Shown: piece after piece, positions 1 to 15,720 of the stretch | Position numbering within the stretch: position 1 is the stretch's first letter | How the letters are laid out: each line of letters opens with the position of its first letter | Source of the DNA: Eledone cirrhosa | Lineage: Eukaryota | DNA: 64,000 bases | Assembly (NCBI GenBank): GCA_964016885.1 | Contig: OZ024740.1 | Location: forward strand, 215,388,001-215,452,000 | Direction: 5' to 3' | Notes under the pieces: model-generated | The model's database searches: none | Told to the model about the DNA's origin: nothing | What the model saw: the letters and a program-made list of their open reading frames with translations, nothing else | Program-made: the position numbers and the translations under genes

Positions 1-337
1 AAAAAAATCAGATTTCATAGAAATTTCGGCCGACGAAAATATATAAATAGGAAAGTTGACTCTGCCAGTGAAGAAACAAACATATAAATATACTTACATG
101 CACACAAACACATATAAACACACACACACACCCACGTGATGAAGAAGCTATTAGGTTATTCACCTCATCTGAAATGCAGCATAATAAGAAATATAATGGT
201 GTTGAAAAAAATAAAGGCTTCTTCCTTTATTATAAATACTCCGTCGGATAACATTTTCGGAAACACGACGTGGAGTGATTAAGTCGGAACACACTATAGT
301 TTGTTGTCCTAAAAGATCAACAACAAACTTACTATAT

Positions 338-905
<568 letters not shown>

Positions 906-924
906 CAATTTTAAATAAAACTTT

Positions 925-998
<74 letters not shown>

Positions 999-1002
<4 letters not shown>

Positions 1003-1934
1003 GGAATGCAGACCAGCGTGATAAAATAGAATACATTGATAAGAATCTCCATAACACACATAGCTGCACACGCAATTCAAGAATATATAACCGTGGTACA
1101 GAAATACAAGCGCACACATACAGTACCACCAGATATACTAATAGAAAATCATCACCAAATAAATCACGTTCTAGAAAGTATATCTGGTATAATCCCATTT
1201 TTAATGCTTCGATTAATACAAAACTATCTCTTTCATTCTTTAAGTTAATTAACAAGCATTTCCCTAGTTCCCATAAATACAGTAAGATTCTAAACTCTAA
1301 GACTATTAAGCTATCATACTCCACCGCACCAAACCTTGAAGCATACATAAAAAAACTTAACCTAAAGCAATTATTAAACAACACTACAAAACAAAATATT
1401 TTAGTAACAGATGAGCTTAACGTAATATCGGCCTCCCAACCGCCAAATGGGAGGCGGGTATTACACAACCCACCTGAACTGTTATCCCAACCTATCCACA
1501 ACAAAAACTGCAACTGCCACCTACCCAAAAGATGCCCATTGAAGAACAAATGCCTAGAGTCCAACATTGTTTATCAATGCACCGTTGAATCGAACGACCA
1601 GAAATGGTATTACATTGGGTCTACTACTACCTCCTTTAAATCTCGCTGGTATCGTCATCGATTTTCGATTAAGTATCCTAAACACCGTCTTGTGACTTCG
1701 CTCGCCAATAAGACCTGGCAACTCCGAGAATGCAACCGGCAGTTTACCTTGAAATGGGATAAACTATCCAGCGCTAGTGCATATCGGAGTGGATTGAAGT
1801 ACTGCAGATTATGCAACCTTCAACTCTTTTATATCTAAAAATCCAAAAACAAATGACTAAATAACAGAATCGAACGGTCGTTATATTGCAACCACAAACT
1901 GAAGGCTAAATTCTCTCACTATAAAATAACTTAA
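999..1934 (+). pseudogene. Penelope-like element C-terminal linker and GIY-YIG endonuclease (Naiad-like), 5'-truncated
   Basis: Motifs RKYIWYNP..F, CNC..CPL..KCL, IVYQCTV...WYYIGST..FKSRWYRH and C.LC. After stops at 1836 and 1854 the frame continues LNNRIE..CNH. The coding part begins directly at a (TA)n tract, so the ORF-track start at 924 is an artefact. Confidence 0.9.
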
Positions 1935-2181
1935 CATTTGAACCCGAGACTGCAACATCGCTTTCTCGCTAACTAATTCCTCTCAATAACTACTTTTTAA
2001 CTATATCCCTCACCCCCACACTACAAGCCAGTACCTTGTTTATCATTATTACATGGGTACTTGAGTGCGATTTGCAGACTACAACTATGAACTCGATGTA
2101 TCCCCCATCTCGTAGCCTTCGTCTGTCTCCTCTCTATGTCTCTTTCTTTCTCTCTCTCGCTCCCCCCCTCTCTCTCTCCCC

Positions 2182-2212
<31 letters not shown>

Positions 2213-2406
2213 GGTCTACCACACTCCCTCTCCACATCTATGAACCTGCTCTCTGTGGCAATAAATAATCCCAATCTTGACCACATCAACACAATGCCCA
2301 AGGGCTGTCACCTTGAGAATAAACAGTAAAATAAAACCCGTACCACGACATTTTGTTAAGCTATCAGTATTCTTCAAACCACTCACCCCCACTTCTCCAA
2401 CCCCAA

Positions 2407-2458
<52 letters not shown>

Positions 2459-2541
2459 CTTCTTTCTCTCTTCCTTTCTATTCTATCTTCTCCAATAAAT
2501 TCCTTTTAAGAAATATAAGGGTATTTACATTTTAACTATTC

Positions 2542-2664
2542 TGTTCTGAGGAAATGGTAGTCGCAGCATTTGAAAATTGAGTTTCTGCAATCAAATAATT
2601 ATTAATTATCAATTGCACATAGCATGACTAGGCTGTATAACTACTGTTGAAACATTTGTAAGCA
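2542..2664 (+). ncRNA. Type I hammerhead ribozyme with long stem II
   Basis: Stem I tgtt/agca, CTGAGGA (2546-2552), stem II aatggtagt...actactgtt, GAAA (2649-2652), catttgta (GUA cleavage triplet). Confidence 0.7.
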
Positions 2665-2714
2665 CTCGGAATAAATTACCTTTTTATGATGTCTACCTGT
2701 TATTATTCATTCTT

Positions 2715-3045
<331 letters not shown>

Positions 3046-3071
3046 ATATGTATATATATATATATATATAT

Positions 3072-3236
3072 CTAACGAAGGAAGTGCGGTAAGGAACCAG
3101 GTGGACCATAACGCACCAGAGTAAATACTTAGGGTAGTAGAGTGGGTAATAGGAAAAGAGTCAGGACCCCGACGGCAAAGCTCAAGCCGTTTCGACGGCT
3201 TGAGCTCTGCCGTCGGGGTCCTGAACATTTTCCTAT
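3072..3236 (-). mobile_element. pLTR-like fragment ending in a ~30-bp GC-rich hairpin
   Basis: tcaggaccccgacggcaaagctcaagccgt-ttcg-acggcttgagctctgccgtcggggtcctga. The - strand gives GAAACGGC..GCCGTC (HHR stem III plus GUC). The body is homologous to 16990-17090. Confidence 0.6.
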
Positions 3237-3262
3237 ATGTATATATATATATATATATATGT

Positions 3263-3316
<54 letters not shown>

Positions 3317-3924
3317 TTATATATATATTCATACTCACATACACACACACATACACATACACATACACACACACACTTATTTATTTATTTGTTTATCTAT
3401 CAGTCTGTTCTGTTGGCTTTTATTGTTTTTGAAAGAAGAAAAGTAGAGAAAAAAAAAATGCATGAAAATAATAGAATTGTTTTCTTTTGATCTCGGTAGA
3501 AATATTAGTTTATTTTATTAGAGAAAAAATATGTGAAAAATATATGATAGGTTGTCAATCTGGTCTTAGATTGACAGCTTTGTAAATAAAAAAAAAAAAT
3601 TTATATTGCTGTCGTTAATTTACTTATGAAAAATGATATTTATTAATCATTCAGCTTGTCACATATATTGAGACTCCATTGTGAAAGTTTAGTATTACTT
3701 GGCTGGAAGTTATTTCTTTGTTATGTAACATTTCAAGAGTTACAATAATCGTGAGAATAAATTGAGCAATCATGTGTACGTTTTGCGTCGTTTTACGTCA
3801 GTACTGAGTCGCATAATTAGTAGAGCTTTAGGTTTTTCACTTCCATTCTCCCACTTCCATCCTTATCTGAAAAAAAAATTTGCTGCTGTATTCGTTCCCT
3901 AAAAGTCCCCCCCCCCTCCCCCCA

Positions 3925-4370
3925 GCTAAGCTGGCATCATCGAGATTTGAATTCAGAGCGCAGAGAGCCAAGACAAGGATTGAAGTTTTATATGGTGGGT
4001 TTCACTAAAAGTGTCACCATTTTCCAACGATAGTAAATGGAATTTGGACTCAGAACAATTACATGCCGCAAAGCATCCCATCCGACTCTTTACTGATTCC
4101 TCCCAATCTACTAGTGCAGTACTTTATTTATCTACCACGAAATGATGGACAGCAGAGGAGATGGGCTTCGTCAGGTTTTAAAATATTGAAGAGACGCCGT
4201 ATTGATATACGGCTCCCCTACAACTCCCTCGGGAGTTACGGGACAAAAAGAAAAAGAAGAGGTTCGTATTTGTGTCTGGCTCCCCGCGCCCTGAGTTCAA
4301 ATTTCGCTCTGAGTTCAACTTTGCTTTTTTTTCCTTTCGGGGTCGATAAATAAAGTATCAGTCCAGGAGT
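3925..4370. mobile_element. Decayed copies of the tRNA-derived SINE
   Basis: ctgagttcaaat B-box-like motif and cctttcggggtcgataaataaagtatcag body, shared with the many copies listed below. Confidence 0.6.
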
Positions 4371-4395
4371 GATAGATTGGCGAAATTGTCATAGC

Positions 4396-4545
4396 GTCTC
4401 TGGGAATGTCTTGAAGTATTTGTCCCGGCTCAGTCTCTGGAAGTGCCTTGTAGTATTTGTTCCAGGTCAGTCTCTGGAAGTGTCTTTCAATATTTGTTCC
4501 GGCTCAGTCTCTGGGAGTGTCTTGCAGTATTTGTTCCGGCTCAGT
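4396..4545. repeat. 37-bp minisatellite, about 4 copies
   Basis: gtctctgggaatgtcttgaagtatttgtcccggctca recurring from 4396 and 4433 onward. Confidence 0.85.
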
Positions 4546-4944
4546 AACTTCTGAGTTTAAATCTCGCCCACTTTCACCGGAAAAGCGATGACACATCTGA
4601 CAGAAGTTGCGACCAACAAGCAGTATCAGCAATGGAGAGAAAATTGGAAACATAAGTTCCCTGGCCCGATTTGACGACCAGATTCTTTAAGTATTTTTTT
4701 TAATATCATAATTGTTGTGATGGTCGTAGTAAATTTAACATTAGATATTAGAAAGTTCACAAAAAAAGGATGCTTATCTTTATTTTCGTGATGTGAAGCA
4801 GGTAAGAAATAAAATGATGGATCCTCCGTTGGTTTCAACGATGAGCATTCTGTCGTTCAATCAAATGTAATCCAGACTCGGGAATTAACTGGTAAATGGA
4901 TGAGTATATGTAAACACTATGAAAGTAATTCTCAGGCAGAATCA

Positions 4945-5092
4945 ACGTGACAAAATATGTGACAAGACTGATCCTTTGAATTACAAGCACAATCTATACG
5001 ATGGGTTTTCACGTAATTTCCGTCTACCCAATTTCACTCACAAAGCATGGGACACTTGCTTAAAAGCTATGCAGTATGACTGAACCCGGGAT
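4945..5092 (-). mobile_element. Decayed SINE fragment (second family)
   Basis: The - strand has a cgggttcagtc B-box-like motif followed by aagcaagtgtc and gtgagtgaaattgggtagacggaaatt. Confidence 0.4.
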
Positions 5093-5401
5093 CTCAGGCG
5101 GCTATCGTAGGTATGACGGCCGATGGGAGTTCGTGACCTGCCGGTATATCGGCCTGAGGCCGGTAAAGTCAAGGAAGGAGCCTGTGAATAATGACTTACA
5201 TAAAAGGAAAAAAACAACACTCTTAGCTCTCTTCAATTTTGATAGGAGTTCTTCTGCTCCTCCCCAAGGGGCCCCAAAGCAATGTTGTTCCGCCTTGCAA
5301 GATTTCTCTTGCAAGTCCTGATCGCAGGCCACATTATGAGGGGATATGCTACCCACTACCACAATTATCTAGCATATAAACTTATGTTTCAATTTCTCGG
5401 A

Positions 5402-5689
5402 CGGTGTTTCCCACAACCTTAGGATTCTGCAAGAGGTCACTAGAGGTTTCGCGAGAAACACTGATAAATAAGCTAATGCTTTTCTGAGTAATTGTTGTTT
5501 AATTTTATATTGTAATTTTACTGTAGACTTACAGCATATTGGAGAATCCTTGGTTATTATAATAAAGGCTTCAACTTCTAAAAGTGATAGATATTAATAA
5601 TGGTATATAATAATTTTTATGCAGGGATTCCCTGAGACATGAAAACTAGTTCATGGGTTTCACAAGGGTAGAAAGGTTGAGAAACACTG
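5402..5689. mobile_element. hAT-like MITE
   Basis: Imperfect TIRs cggtgtttcccacaacctt / aaggttgagaaacactg (CAGTGTTTCTCAACC type). No clear TSD. Confidence 0.55.
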
Positions 5690-5771
5690 CCTTATACACG
5701 AACGATTTTGCCTGAAAAGTTTTTCAAGAATGGAGAACAGTTTGTAATCAGAGCGTGTCATGCAAATGTTT

Positions 5772-6632
5772 ATAGATAGATATATTTCTTTATTTGCCAC
5801 AAGGGAGCACACGAAAAGGGGACAATACAAAGACACATGCCGGGAATTTTACATACAATCGTGTAAAAATATTGAAACAAACAATTATAGCAATCGAAAT
5901 CCCCAATACGGGGAAGGCGCCACAAATGGGTTGTTTAATACCCCGTCGATAGAACAACCCTCAACTTCAGGAGCGTGTTGTGCAAGTGCTCCTTTCTTCC
6001 TTTTGCTCTCTTCTTTAATTTACAGGCTTATAAACAGAGAAGGCCCAATCACTCGGGCCATTTTCGCTTCATTCACCCACCTTTCAGTAAATTTATTGGG
6101 GTGCAGTGCCTCTCGCTCCACTCTGATTCTCCTTCTAAAGTAATACTTAAAGAAGGGAATCAATTGTTGTCCGGAGAGAAAGGCATCTGTCCTCAGTCCT
6201 CTCAATCTCGTCCACCATATAACCACTTTCACCATAGCCACTGTACAGAGGAAAACCGCCTCTCTTTCGTTTTTGAAAGAGGCTGGCGGTTTGATCCTTA
6301 CTATGGACTCGGCAGTCAAATGAATTTCTGCCATACGCGACAGCAGTGGTTCTGCGTAGTTCCACATGTCGCTTACGCCCGGGCAGTGTACAATTGCGTG
6401 CAAGACGGTTTCAATGTCTTGCTCGCATCTTGGACACGTCCTCTTGGAAGGATCCCTGCCGGGGCGTCCGTGCCTGTAGATCTTGTCACAAACTGGTAGA
6501 GCTTCTCACTAGCACTGCCAGGGCAGGGACCTCTAGAAATTGTCCATAGGTCCCGGGCGGAAAGTCCTACCAAACAGACTGGTGAGTCCGTCGTCTTCGA
6601 CGCCTAGAGTCTCTCCGAGCACGTCGTTGCCC
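5772..6632 (-). mobile_element. Tx1/L1-type LINE 3' fragment
   Basis: Encodes HCPGVSDMWNY...VIWWTRL..FFKYYF, homologous to the ORF2 C-terminus at 24553-25200. Ends AATAAA followed by (TCTA)n. Confidence 0.88.
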
Positions 6633-6636
6633 TTAT

Positions 6637-6681
<45 letters not shown>

Positions 6682-6683
<2 letters not shown>

Positions 6684-7353
6684 TGTTTCTTTATTAGCCA
6701 CAGGGGCACAAAAGAAGGGGACAAATACAAAGGGGGAAGTTTACATACAATAAAAACGTGTAAAATATTATCACAAATGTAATTTAAAAATTAGTCGATT
6801 TTCCCCAATAGGGGAGACATTTCATATGGGTAACACATACCCCCGAAAAAAAATGTGCAACCCTCATCTCCAGGAGTACGAAGAGTTTATACTCCTTTCC
6901 TCTCCTCCTCTTTTTCCTCAACCTACAGGCTGATATAGAGAGAAGGCCCATTGCTGGGGTACAGCACCTCTCCCTCCATCCTGATTCTTCTTTCAAAGTG
7001 GTATTTGAAAAAAAGAATCAGTTGTTGGCCGGAGAGAAAGGTGTCTGACCTCAGCCCTTTCAACCTTGTCCACCATACAACCTCTTTCGCCATAGCTATC
7101 ACACAAAGGAAAACCGCCTCTCCTTCGTTTTTGAAGGAGGGTGGCGGTTTGATCATGACAATGGACTCGGTGGTCAACCGGATTGGTCCCACCCGCGACA
7201 ATAGTCGTTCTACATAGCCCCACAGGTCGGTGACGCCCGGGCAGTGTATGAATGCGTGCGCGACGGTTTCTTCGTCTCGCACGCACCTCGGACAGATCTT
7301 TTTTGCAGGGTCCCTGCCCGGGCGCCCATGTCTGTAGAGCTTGTCTCGAACTG
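6682..7353 (-). mobile_element. Tx1/L1-type LINE 3' fragment
   Basis: LPVRDKLYRHG..CPRC...ETVAHAFIHC zinc-knuckle region; both ends sit in (GATA)n. Confidence 0.9.
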
Positions 7354-8016
7354 GTAGATAGATAGATAGATAGATGATAGGTAGATAAAGGGGATAAGTA
7401 CTTAGATAAATATATAGATAGAACGATATGCATATTGCGCGCCAGAAAACCTCTGTAACCAACAGAACTGTATCACTAAACTGTATAATCACGCGTTACA
7501 GTCTATAAATGTTACCTAAACAATGTATGGCCGAGGCTTACACCCTGCCTAATATATATAACGACGAAGTGAAATATTTAACAGAAAAAACAAAGAAGAC
7601 CTAAGCAAATAAATGAATAAATATATTGGTGATATGTCCATGATTAAACTGTTAAACAAGAGAGGTGAAGATAAGTGACACTTGTCAACAAGCCATTATC
7701 CGTATCTAGCCCGCTATCAAAAGATGTCATAGATGAGATATTGTGTAACTTTCACCAAACAACGTTCAGATTTCTCCAAAATAACCTCACAACAACAGCA
7801 ACAACAACAACGACAACAACAACAACAAAAACAACAAGAACAACAACAGTGACAACAACAACAACGACGACGACGACGACGACTACGACGACGAAAGCCA
7901 TATCGTATTTTTGAATTAATGTTTTTTATATCAGCACAAGGTTAAGTTTAATTAACTAGAAGATTCACACACCACATTACACATGAACATACTTTTACTT
8001 TCCGCTACATACTTCC

Positions 8017-9900
<1,884 letters not shown>

Positions 9901-10154
9901 TAGCTCCAATAGAATTGTTTCGACTGACAAACGCAAATGTCTCCTCACCAAATCTAATAATATAATCACTGATCTCTCCCACCCCGCCTTGGACACATAC
10001 CTTCAATAGACAATAGTACAGTCTGTACCACCACCACCACCACCACCACCGCCACCACCACCACCACCAGCAGCACCACCAGCACCACCACCACCACCAC
10101 CACTAGCACCAGCACCACCAACGCCACCAGTACCACCACCACCACCACAACAAC

Positions 10155-10410
10155 CACTTTCCACGGACTATGTTTTAAAATAAACCTGATTTGGTCAATC
10201 CATGAGAGTATCTTAGTCAGCCTATGAAGGAGTGATGCTAGAGCTGTGAAATGCTGCATGCATTAATTTCAACTCTTCTTATTAATAACTGCATTGTTTC
10301 CTTGCAGGGACTATGTTGAAAAATAAACCTCATTTAGTCATTCCATGAGAGTATCTTGGTCAGAATATGAACATTTCAGTCTATGGACTTTTCAGCTGTC
10401 CCTCGCACTT
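10155..10410. mobile_element. Mariner-type MITE with partial internal tandem duplication
   Basis: Same sequence as 45896-46097; the segment ggactatgttgaaaaataaacctcat...gagagtatcttggtcag occurs twice. Confidence 0.7.
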
Positions 10411-10692
10411 TTTTTAATGTTAACTCTATCATCCGAGTACTGACAGCTGCATACCCTTCATTTCCATATCCATACATATATTCATACATATTGTTTAGCA
10501 AACCAATGTTACTGCTTCTGATGACCGTGTATGTACAACAATCGCAGTTTTACCTCTTTTTAGAAGCTTTCTGTCCGCTATATTAATGCTTATTTTCTTC
10601 TCTCCTCTTCTTTTCTAATACTGTTGTAACAGTTTGCCGATCTCCTTTAGTCTTCATTTCATTATGATCATCAGAAATGGATGGGATAGTAC

Positions 10693-10986
10693 CAGGGGCC
10701 TTATTTGCTTTAAAAATGTGAGGGGGACAGACCAATATTTGTTGATTCTTAAAGGAGCATAAATTGCTTATGGTGTCTTTCCAGGACCTTATCACATAAG
10801 TAAAATTATACACTAATTACATTTTATACATTCTAATGAGATTCAGATATAAAAAAATAAGCTTAAAAAGAATTTATTATATCAAATAAACAAAAAATAA
10901 AATATTGACGTTTGAAAAAGTGTGTGTGTGTATGTGGGGGGGGGACTTGTCCCTTGGTACCCCCCCCCCCTGAAACAAGGCCCTTG
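10693..10986. mobile_element. hAT MITE with 8-bp TSD
   Basis: TIRs caggggccttattt / aaacaaggcccttg; TSD gatagtac at 10685-10692 and 10987-10994. Confidence 0.85.
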
Positions 10987-11614
10987 GATAGTACTTTTAG
11001 GAGGATGAACTTTAGTATCTTTCACCCCTCATATCGAGTGTGATGTAGCGGTCTACGCTATCGCTGGATTGCGAGACGGTATCTCGGTTTTACTCGCTTC
11101 AGGAACCGACGAAGAAGCGAATTTTCCTGTTATCTTCGGAATGACTGATATTGCGATTGGAACAGTACCCCCAGCAACTTATTCATTATTGGTTCTTTTT
11201 TATTTCCAGCTCCTCGGGGAAGGAAGCCATTAGATGGCACTTTCTGTCACAAACATGACAATTAATAACAGTAAAAATTGTAGCCGTAAGTTAGATTCAA
11301 ATTAAGTGAATACGGAAACTTAAGCAAGAAAAAAACAAAAATAAAAACACACAAGAAAATACAGAATAGAAAAAAGCCTTCTCTGCATTGAAGGAGGACA
11401 AGGTCTGATAGAAATGAACATTACTATTGAATAACAGCAGTGAGGTGAATTGTCATGGCTTTCATGACGTGTGTAGGAACAACAGAAAGAAGTAGTAAGA
11501 GTTATACAACTTGGAATTAAAAAGTTGGAAATAAAAGTATTTTAACGAAACGAAATGAGATTGCTACACTAGAAAAATACTTGGAAAGAAACAACATTAA
11601 AGTAAGGAAACACG

Positions 11615-11806
11615 AAGAAAACAAGAAACTCTCCCTTCTATACATAAGAAAACAAGGAACTTTCCCTTCTCTACATTAGAAAACAAGGAACTCCCCCTTC
11701 TATACATAAAAAAACAAGAAACTCTCCCTTCTATACATACGAAAACAAGGAACTCTCCCTTCTATACATAAGAAAACAAGGAACTCTCCCTTCTATACAG
11801 AAGAAA
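11615..11806. repeat. 31-bp minisatellite, about 6 copies
   Basis: Unit aagaaaacaaggaactctcccttctatacat. Confidence 0.9.
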
Positions 11807-12425
11807 AGAATAATGTACAAACTGGAACTGTATCGAAGATATATATTTAGATAATGACAAAGCAACAAAAAATAACAACATAACAAAAGACAAGATCAAA
11901 ACGGAATTTAAAAGTAGTTTTTTTCACGTTTTACACGAACTTGAAATACGCGAATTTGTTTTAACGCCCATTGAAAAAATAATATTAAATATTCAGTTTG
12001 TGCGAATAATGCACTATAACGCGTGTGGTTTTTAATTATTTTATTTATCAGAAAGTTAGACTTGAATTACACAAATTTGCTTTACGCGCAGCGTTCACGA
12101 ACGCATCTTCGCGTAAAAAGCGAACACACTGTATTCTCACTGAAAACTGGAAAGTAAACCAACTCCATGTCCAATATTCCACAGAGGTAAAGAGGAAGTA
12201 AGCCAGAATGAAAATCAACAATATCTAAAGAAACAAAGCAAGACAGAAGCTGTGGCTTTAGCAACACAATGTCAAAGATTAGCCACACAAATTATAAGAC
12301 TTAAATGGTGACACACAGAGTTAATATCAAATGTATAATATATAATGATTGCAGTGAGACAATTGACTACAGCGTCTCTGGTTGTCAAGTCTTTGTAGAG
12401 AAGTGCATGTACCAATATCACACAT

Positions 12426-12554
<129 letters not shown>

Positions 12555-13453
12555 GCACGTGTACAATATGTTGTACGCTAACAGAATTCTATATCACATC
12601 ACACGCAGACATACTGACACAAGTACGGACATACGGAGCACATGTACAATATGTAGTACACACACACAAAATGTTGCACACATTTCATATAACACGATTG
12701 TACACCAGATGGTGCAATAGGAACTCTCATAAAACTGTAGCATATGATAATATCAGTAATGATTACTAAATAGTAAAAAGCATTACATATTTGACAAAAC
12801 ACAGTGTTTCGTTGGAACAGAAGAAAAATCCAATAACATCGAGAATCAGATCAAAATTAATAACACAGGTAGTGAAAATATTTCGAGTCTAATATTTATT
12901 TTATATTTTCCCTGGCTTTATTATGATCAAAATATATTATTTATATAGAAAAAAAAAAATTATTTACACATAAAATATATTGTTTCTACACAAAATGTAT
13001 ATTTTATGCGTACAATATGCTGTTTATACAGAAAGTATAATGTTTACACAGAAACTACATTGTTTATACACATATTCGAAAGCAGACTGACTAGCGAAAA
13101 TGTATTTTGACAGTTTTTACAATAATGTCAGTCGTAGCTATATTTCTACAAGACAATGTTTCACAATCATATGTAATATCAGTATTGCTATCAACTTGTA
13201 ATCCACACTATGGAATACAGAAAAACAATCTCCTCAATTCATCTAAGTTAGTAACAGTAAAAGTATGTAAAATACTTTTCAAAAATAAGATACACTTTAT
13301 TATTATTTGTTTAAAGGTAGAAATAATCTTTTTTTATATTTAAGGAGCATTAAAAATAATTTTAAAAAAGACTGCAACACATCCACAAATACTCACTCAT
13401 CCACACACATAGGTAGTGTGTGTGTATATATAGATATACATTTGTGTATTGTG

Positions 13454-13552
<99 letters not shown>

Positions 13553-13664
13553 TATATATAATTTAAATCAAGTGAAAAACCAAAGGTGATAATGTTCAAG
13601 AAATCAATGTAGGATCTGGTGGATGTCTTTGGTAATGAAGCCAGTGTCATGCCCACTCTTATTC

Positions 13665-13737
<73 letters not shown>

Positions 13738-13739
<2 letters not shown>

Positions 13740-14156
13740 CGTTTCTGAATTTGTTTAGCAAGATTCTTTATCTGAAAACGTGTGTTGAAACCGATATTGT
13801 TATACTTTGGGAGGGTCATGTTGCCAATAAGAAACACACGCACCAGTTGCTTTCACTTCAATTTATTATAATAAATTTAGGAATTTATAAATTTCCGGTT
13901 GGTTGGTTGGTTCCACAACCAGATGGTTGTTTATATATTGTTAAATTTCTTTCGTCACACATTCTGTGACCTCTTCAGTGACTGGGGATTCTTTTCTTTG
14001 TTTTTGTGCCTCTCCTTTGTTCTGTCCTACGCCATTTTGTTTCTCAACCAACCGGAAATTTATAAATTCCTAAATTTATAAATTTATTATAATAAATTGA
14101 AGTGAAAGCAACTGGTGCGTGTGTTTCTTATTGGCAACATGACCCTCCCAAAGTAT

Positions 14157-14162
<6 letters not shown>
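13738..14162 (-). mobile_element. pLTR foldback with internal HHR motif
   Basis: ~13795-13905 is inverted at ~14045-14162. On the - strand, 13940-13982 reads gtca-CTGAAGA-ggtcacagaatgtgtgac-GAAA-gaaatt. The outer part recurs near-identically at 22690-22840 and in diverged form at 33695-33820. Confidence 0.75.
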
Positions 14163-14194
<32 letters not shown>

Positions 14195-14199
<5 letters not shown>

Positions 14200-14550
14200 A
14201 GAAAAAAGAGAATCAGTGTTGCGACGAATGGAATTTATTGGACATATAACAATCGTTTCTCTGGCGACCAGCTCGAGACATGATCGATGTGACGATCGAA
14301 CCTATGGAAAAGCTGCTTTGTAGAATCAAGACGTATCTGAGGAGCTTGCGATTTTCAGAGTCAGGTTCGATCATCACATCAATCGTGCCTCGAGCTGGTC
14401 GCCAGAGAAACGATTGTAATATGTCCAATAAATTCCATTCGTCGCAACACTGATTCTTTTTTTTTCTGTGATATCATACTCTGCTCTATGAGAGCATCGA
14501 GTGGTCATACGGCCTACCGCATACAGACGATTTAAGCATCCAACACCAAT
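14195..14550 (+). mobile_element. pLTR foldback with HHR
   Basis: 14195-14303 is inverted at 14363-14473; flanked by (TA)n. Confidence 0.75.
14332..14423 (+). ncRNA. Type I hammerhead ribozyme, long stem II
   Basis: Stem I cgtat/atatg, CTGAGGA (14337), stem II cttgcga...tcgccag, GAAA (14407), cgattgta, then AATAAA. Confidence 0.65.
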
Positions 14551-14575
14551 TATATATATATATATATATATATAT

Positions 14576-15140
14576 GGAAAAGAATGAAACGAAATTTCAT
14601 TTCTCACTCTTAGTACGGCTGATACTTAAATACAAGTATGTATACGTACATACATATATGTATACAGACGTTCAGTAGTATGTATATATACATACATGCA
14701 CACATATATATATGTACGTATGGGTTTACCGAACATTTATTATAATATTCGGTTTGTTTGTAAACAAACAGCCCGAATTACGCCGTACAGTGTTCGGCAA
14801 CCATCGTCGCCCTTTTGTTCAACACTGACAAAGGAACGATGAACTAGTTTCAAGCTTATTAGCTATCGTCAGCATCGTATACCTTCCTGTCAGATTATTG
14901 AACGTTTGAAAGTATATACTTTCCTTATGCATATTAACGGCTGAGCAGCCTAATTTGCATATCAGTTTGTCAGTGTTGAACAAAAGGGCGACGATGGTTG
15001 CCGAACACTGTACGGCGTAATTCGGGCTGTTTGTTTACAAATAAACCGAACATTATAATAAATGTGTCCATGTATGTATATAAATATATACTACTGTATG
15101 TCTGTATACATATATGTATGTACGTATACATACTTGTATA
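14576..15140 (-). mobile_element. Retrozyme-like non-coding HHR element (430-nt family) with 5' inversion
   Basis: Homologous to 48905-49368; 14733-14832 is inverted at 14966-15064; octamer ATTTGCAT at 14953-14960. Confidence 0.75.
14837..14877 (-). ncRNA. Type I minimal hammerhead ribozyme
   Basis: cgatg-CTGACGA-tagctaataagctt-GAAA-ctagtt-catcg: 5-bp stem I, palindromic stem III ACTAGT, GUU triplet. Confidence 0.88.
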
Positions 15141-15638
15141 TATATATATACGACCGACCCCATTTCACGCGCACGCGCGCTCTGCCGAATACCTCAGATA
15201 TTCAAAACAACAAACAGCGAAAGACGCGTTCCGGACTTGTCCGACAGACAACCTTTTCCCCCACCTCGGAAAAAACCCAGTTGATGGATGTGAATCAGAA
15301 ATATATAGGGACTATTAAATCTCTCCCAAGGTAACTCTCTCTTGTGTTGTTATTTTAATTTTTATCCTTTATACTCTTCCCTTCATTCTACACATCTCAC
15401 ACATCTTATACACACCACGCATCTCAACGTACACCCACTTACATCTCTCTCTCCACCACCGGACCTTGTTACCCGGAGATTTACCCATTTGCATTGTCGA
15501 GGCTTCCAAACGACTTAAAGATATTTACTTATTGTTCCACAATGCTTCAAGCAAACTTCAATACTCTCATATATATATATATATATGAAAGACGTAAAAT
15601 GAGAAAATTTTAAAATTAACTTATTTACTAAAATTTTC

Positions 15639-15720
15639 ACTCCAACTAATTAGTTTCTGTAAGGGAATAAATATAGTTACGCAACGCAACTATAGAGAAA
15701 TCCTTACGTCATCAGGGAGT
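15639..15720 (-). ncRNA. Type I hammerhead ribozyme (inverted copy)
   Basis: Reverse complement of the HHR at 16499-16580, with an intact core. Confidence 0.85.

Noticed and set aside
132-275. Possible hammerhead ccacg-TGATGA...GAAAcacga-cgtgg
   Set aside because: C3 and the UH triplet are missing; at best a decayed motif.
5076-5370. GC-richer stretch with short ORFs, possible host exon
   Set aside because: No recognisable protein motif or convincing splice-site pair.
11913-12130. Possible DNA transposon with agtagtttttttcacg / cgtaaaaagcgaacacact ends
   Set aside because: The terminal match is too imperfect and there is no TSD.
15275-15312. Possible hammerhead ccc..TTGATGG..GAAAtatata-ggg (similar weak cases near 12800-12840 and 36690-36765)
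   Set aside because: Core or stem II too degenerate to support by eye.
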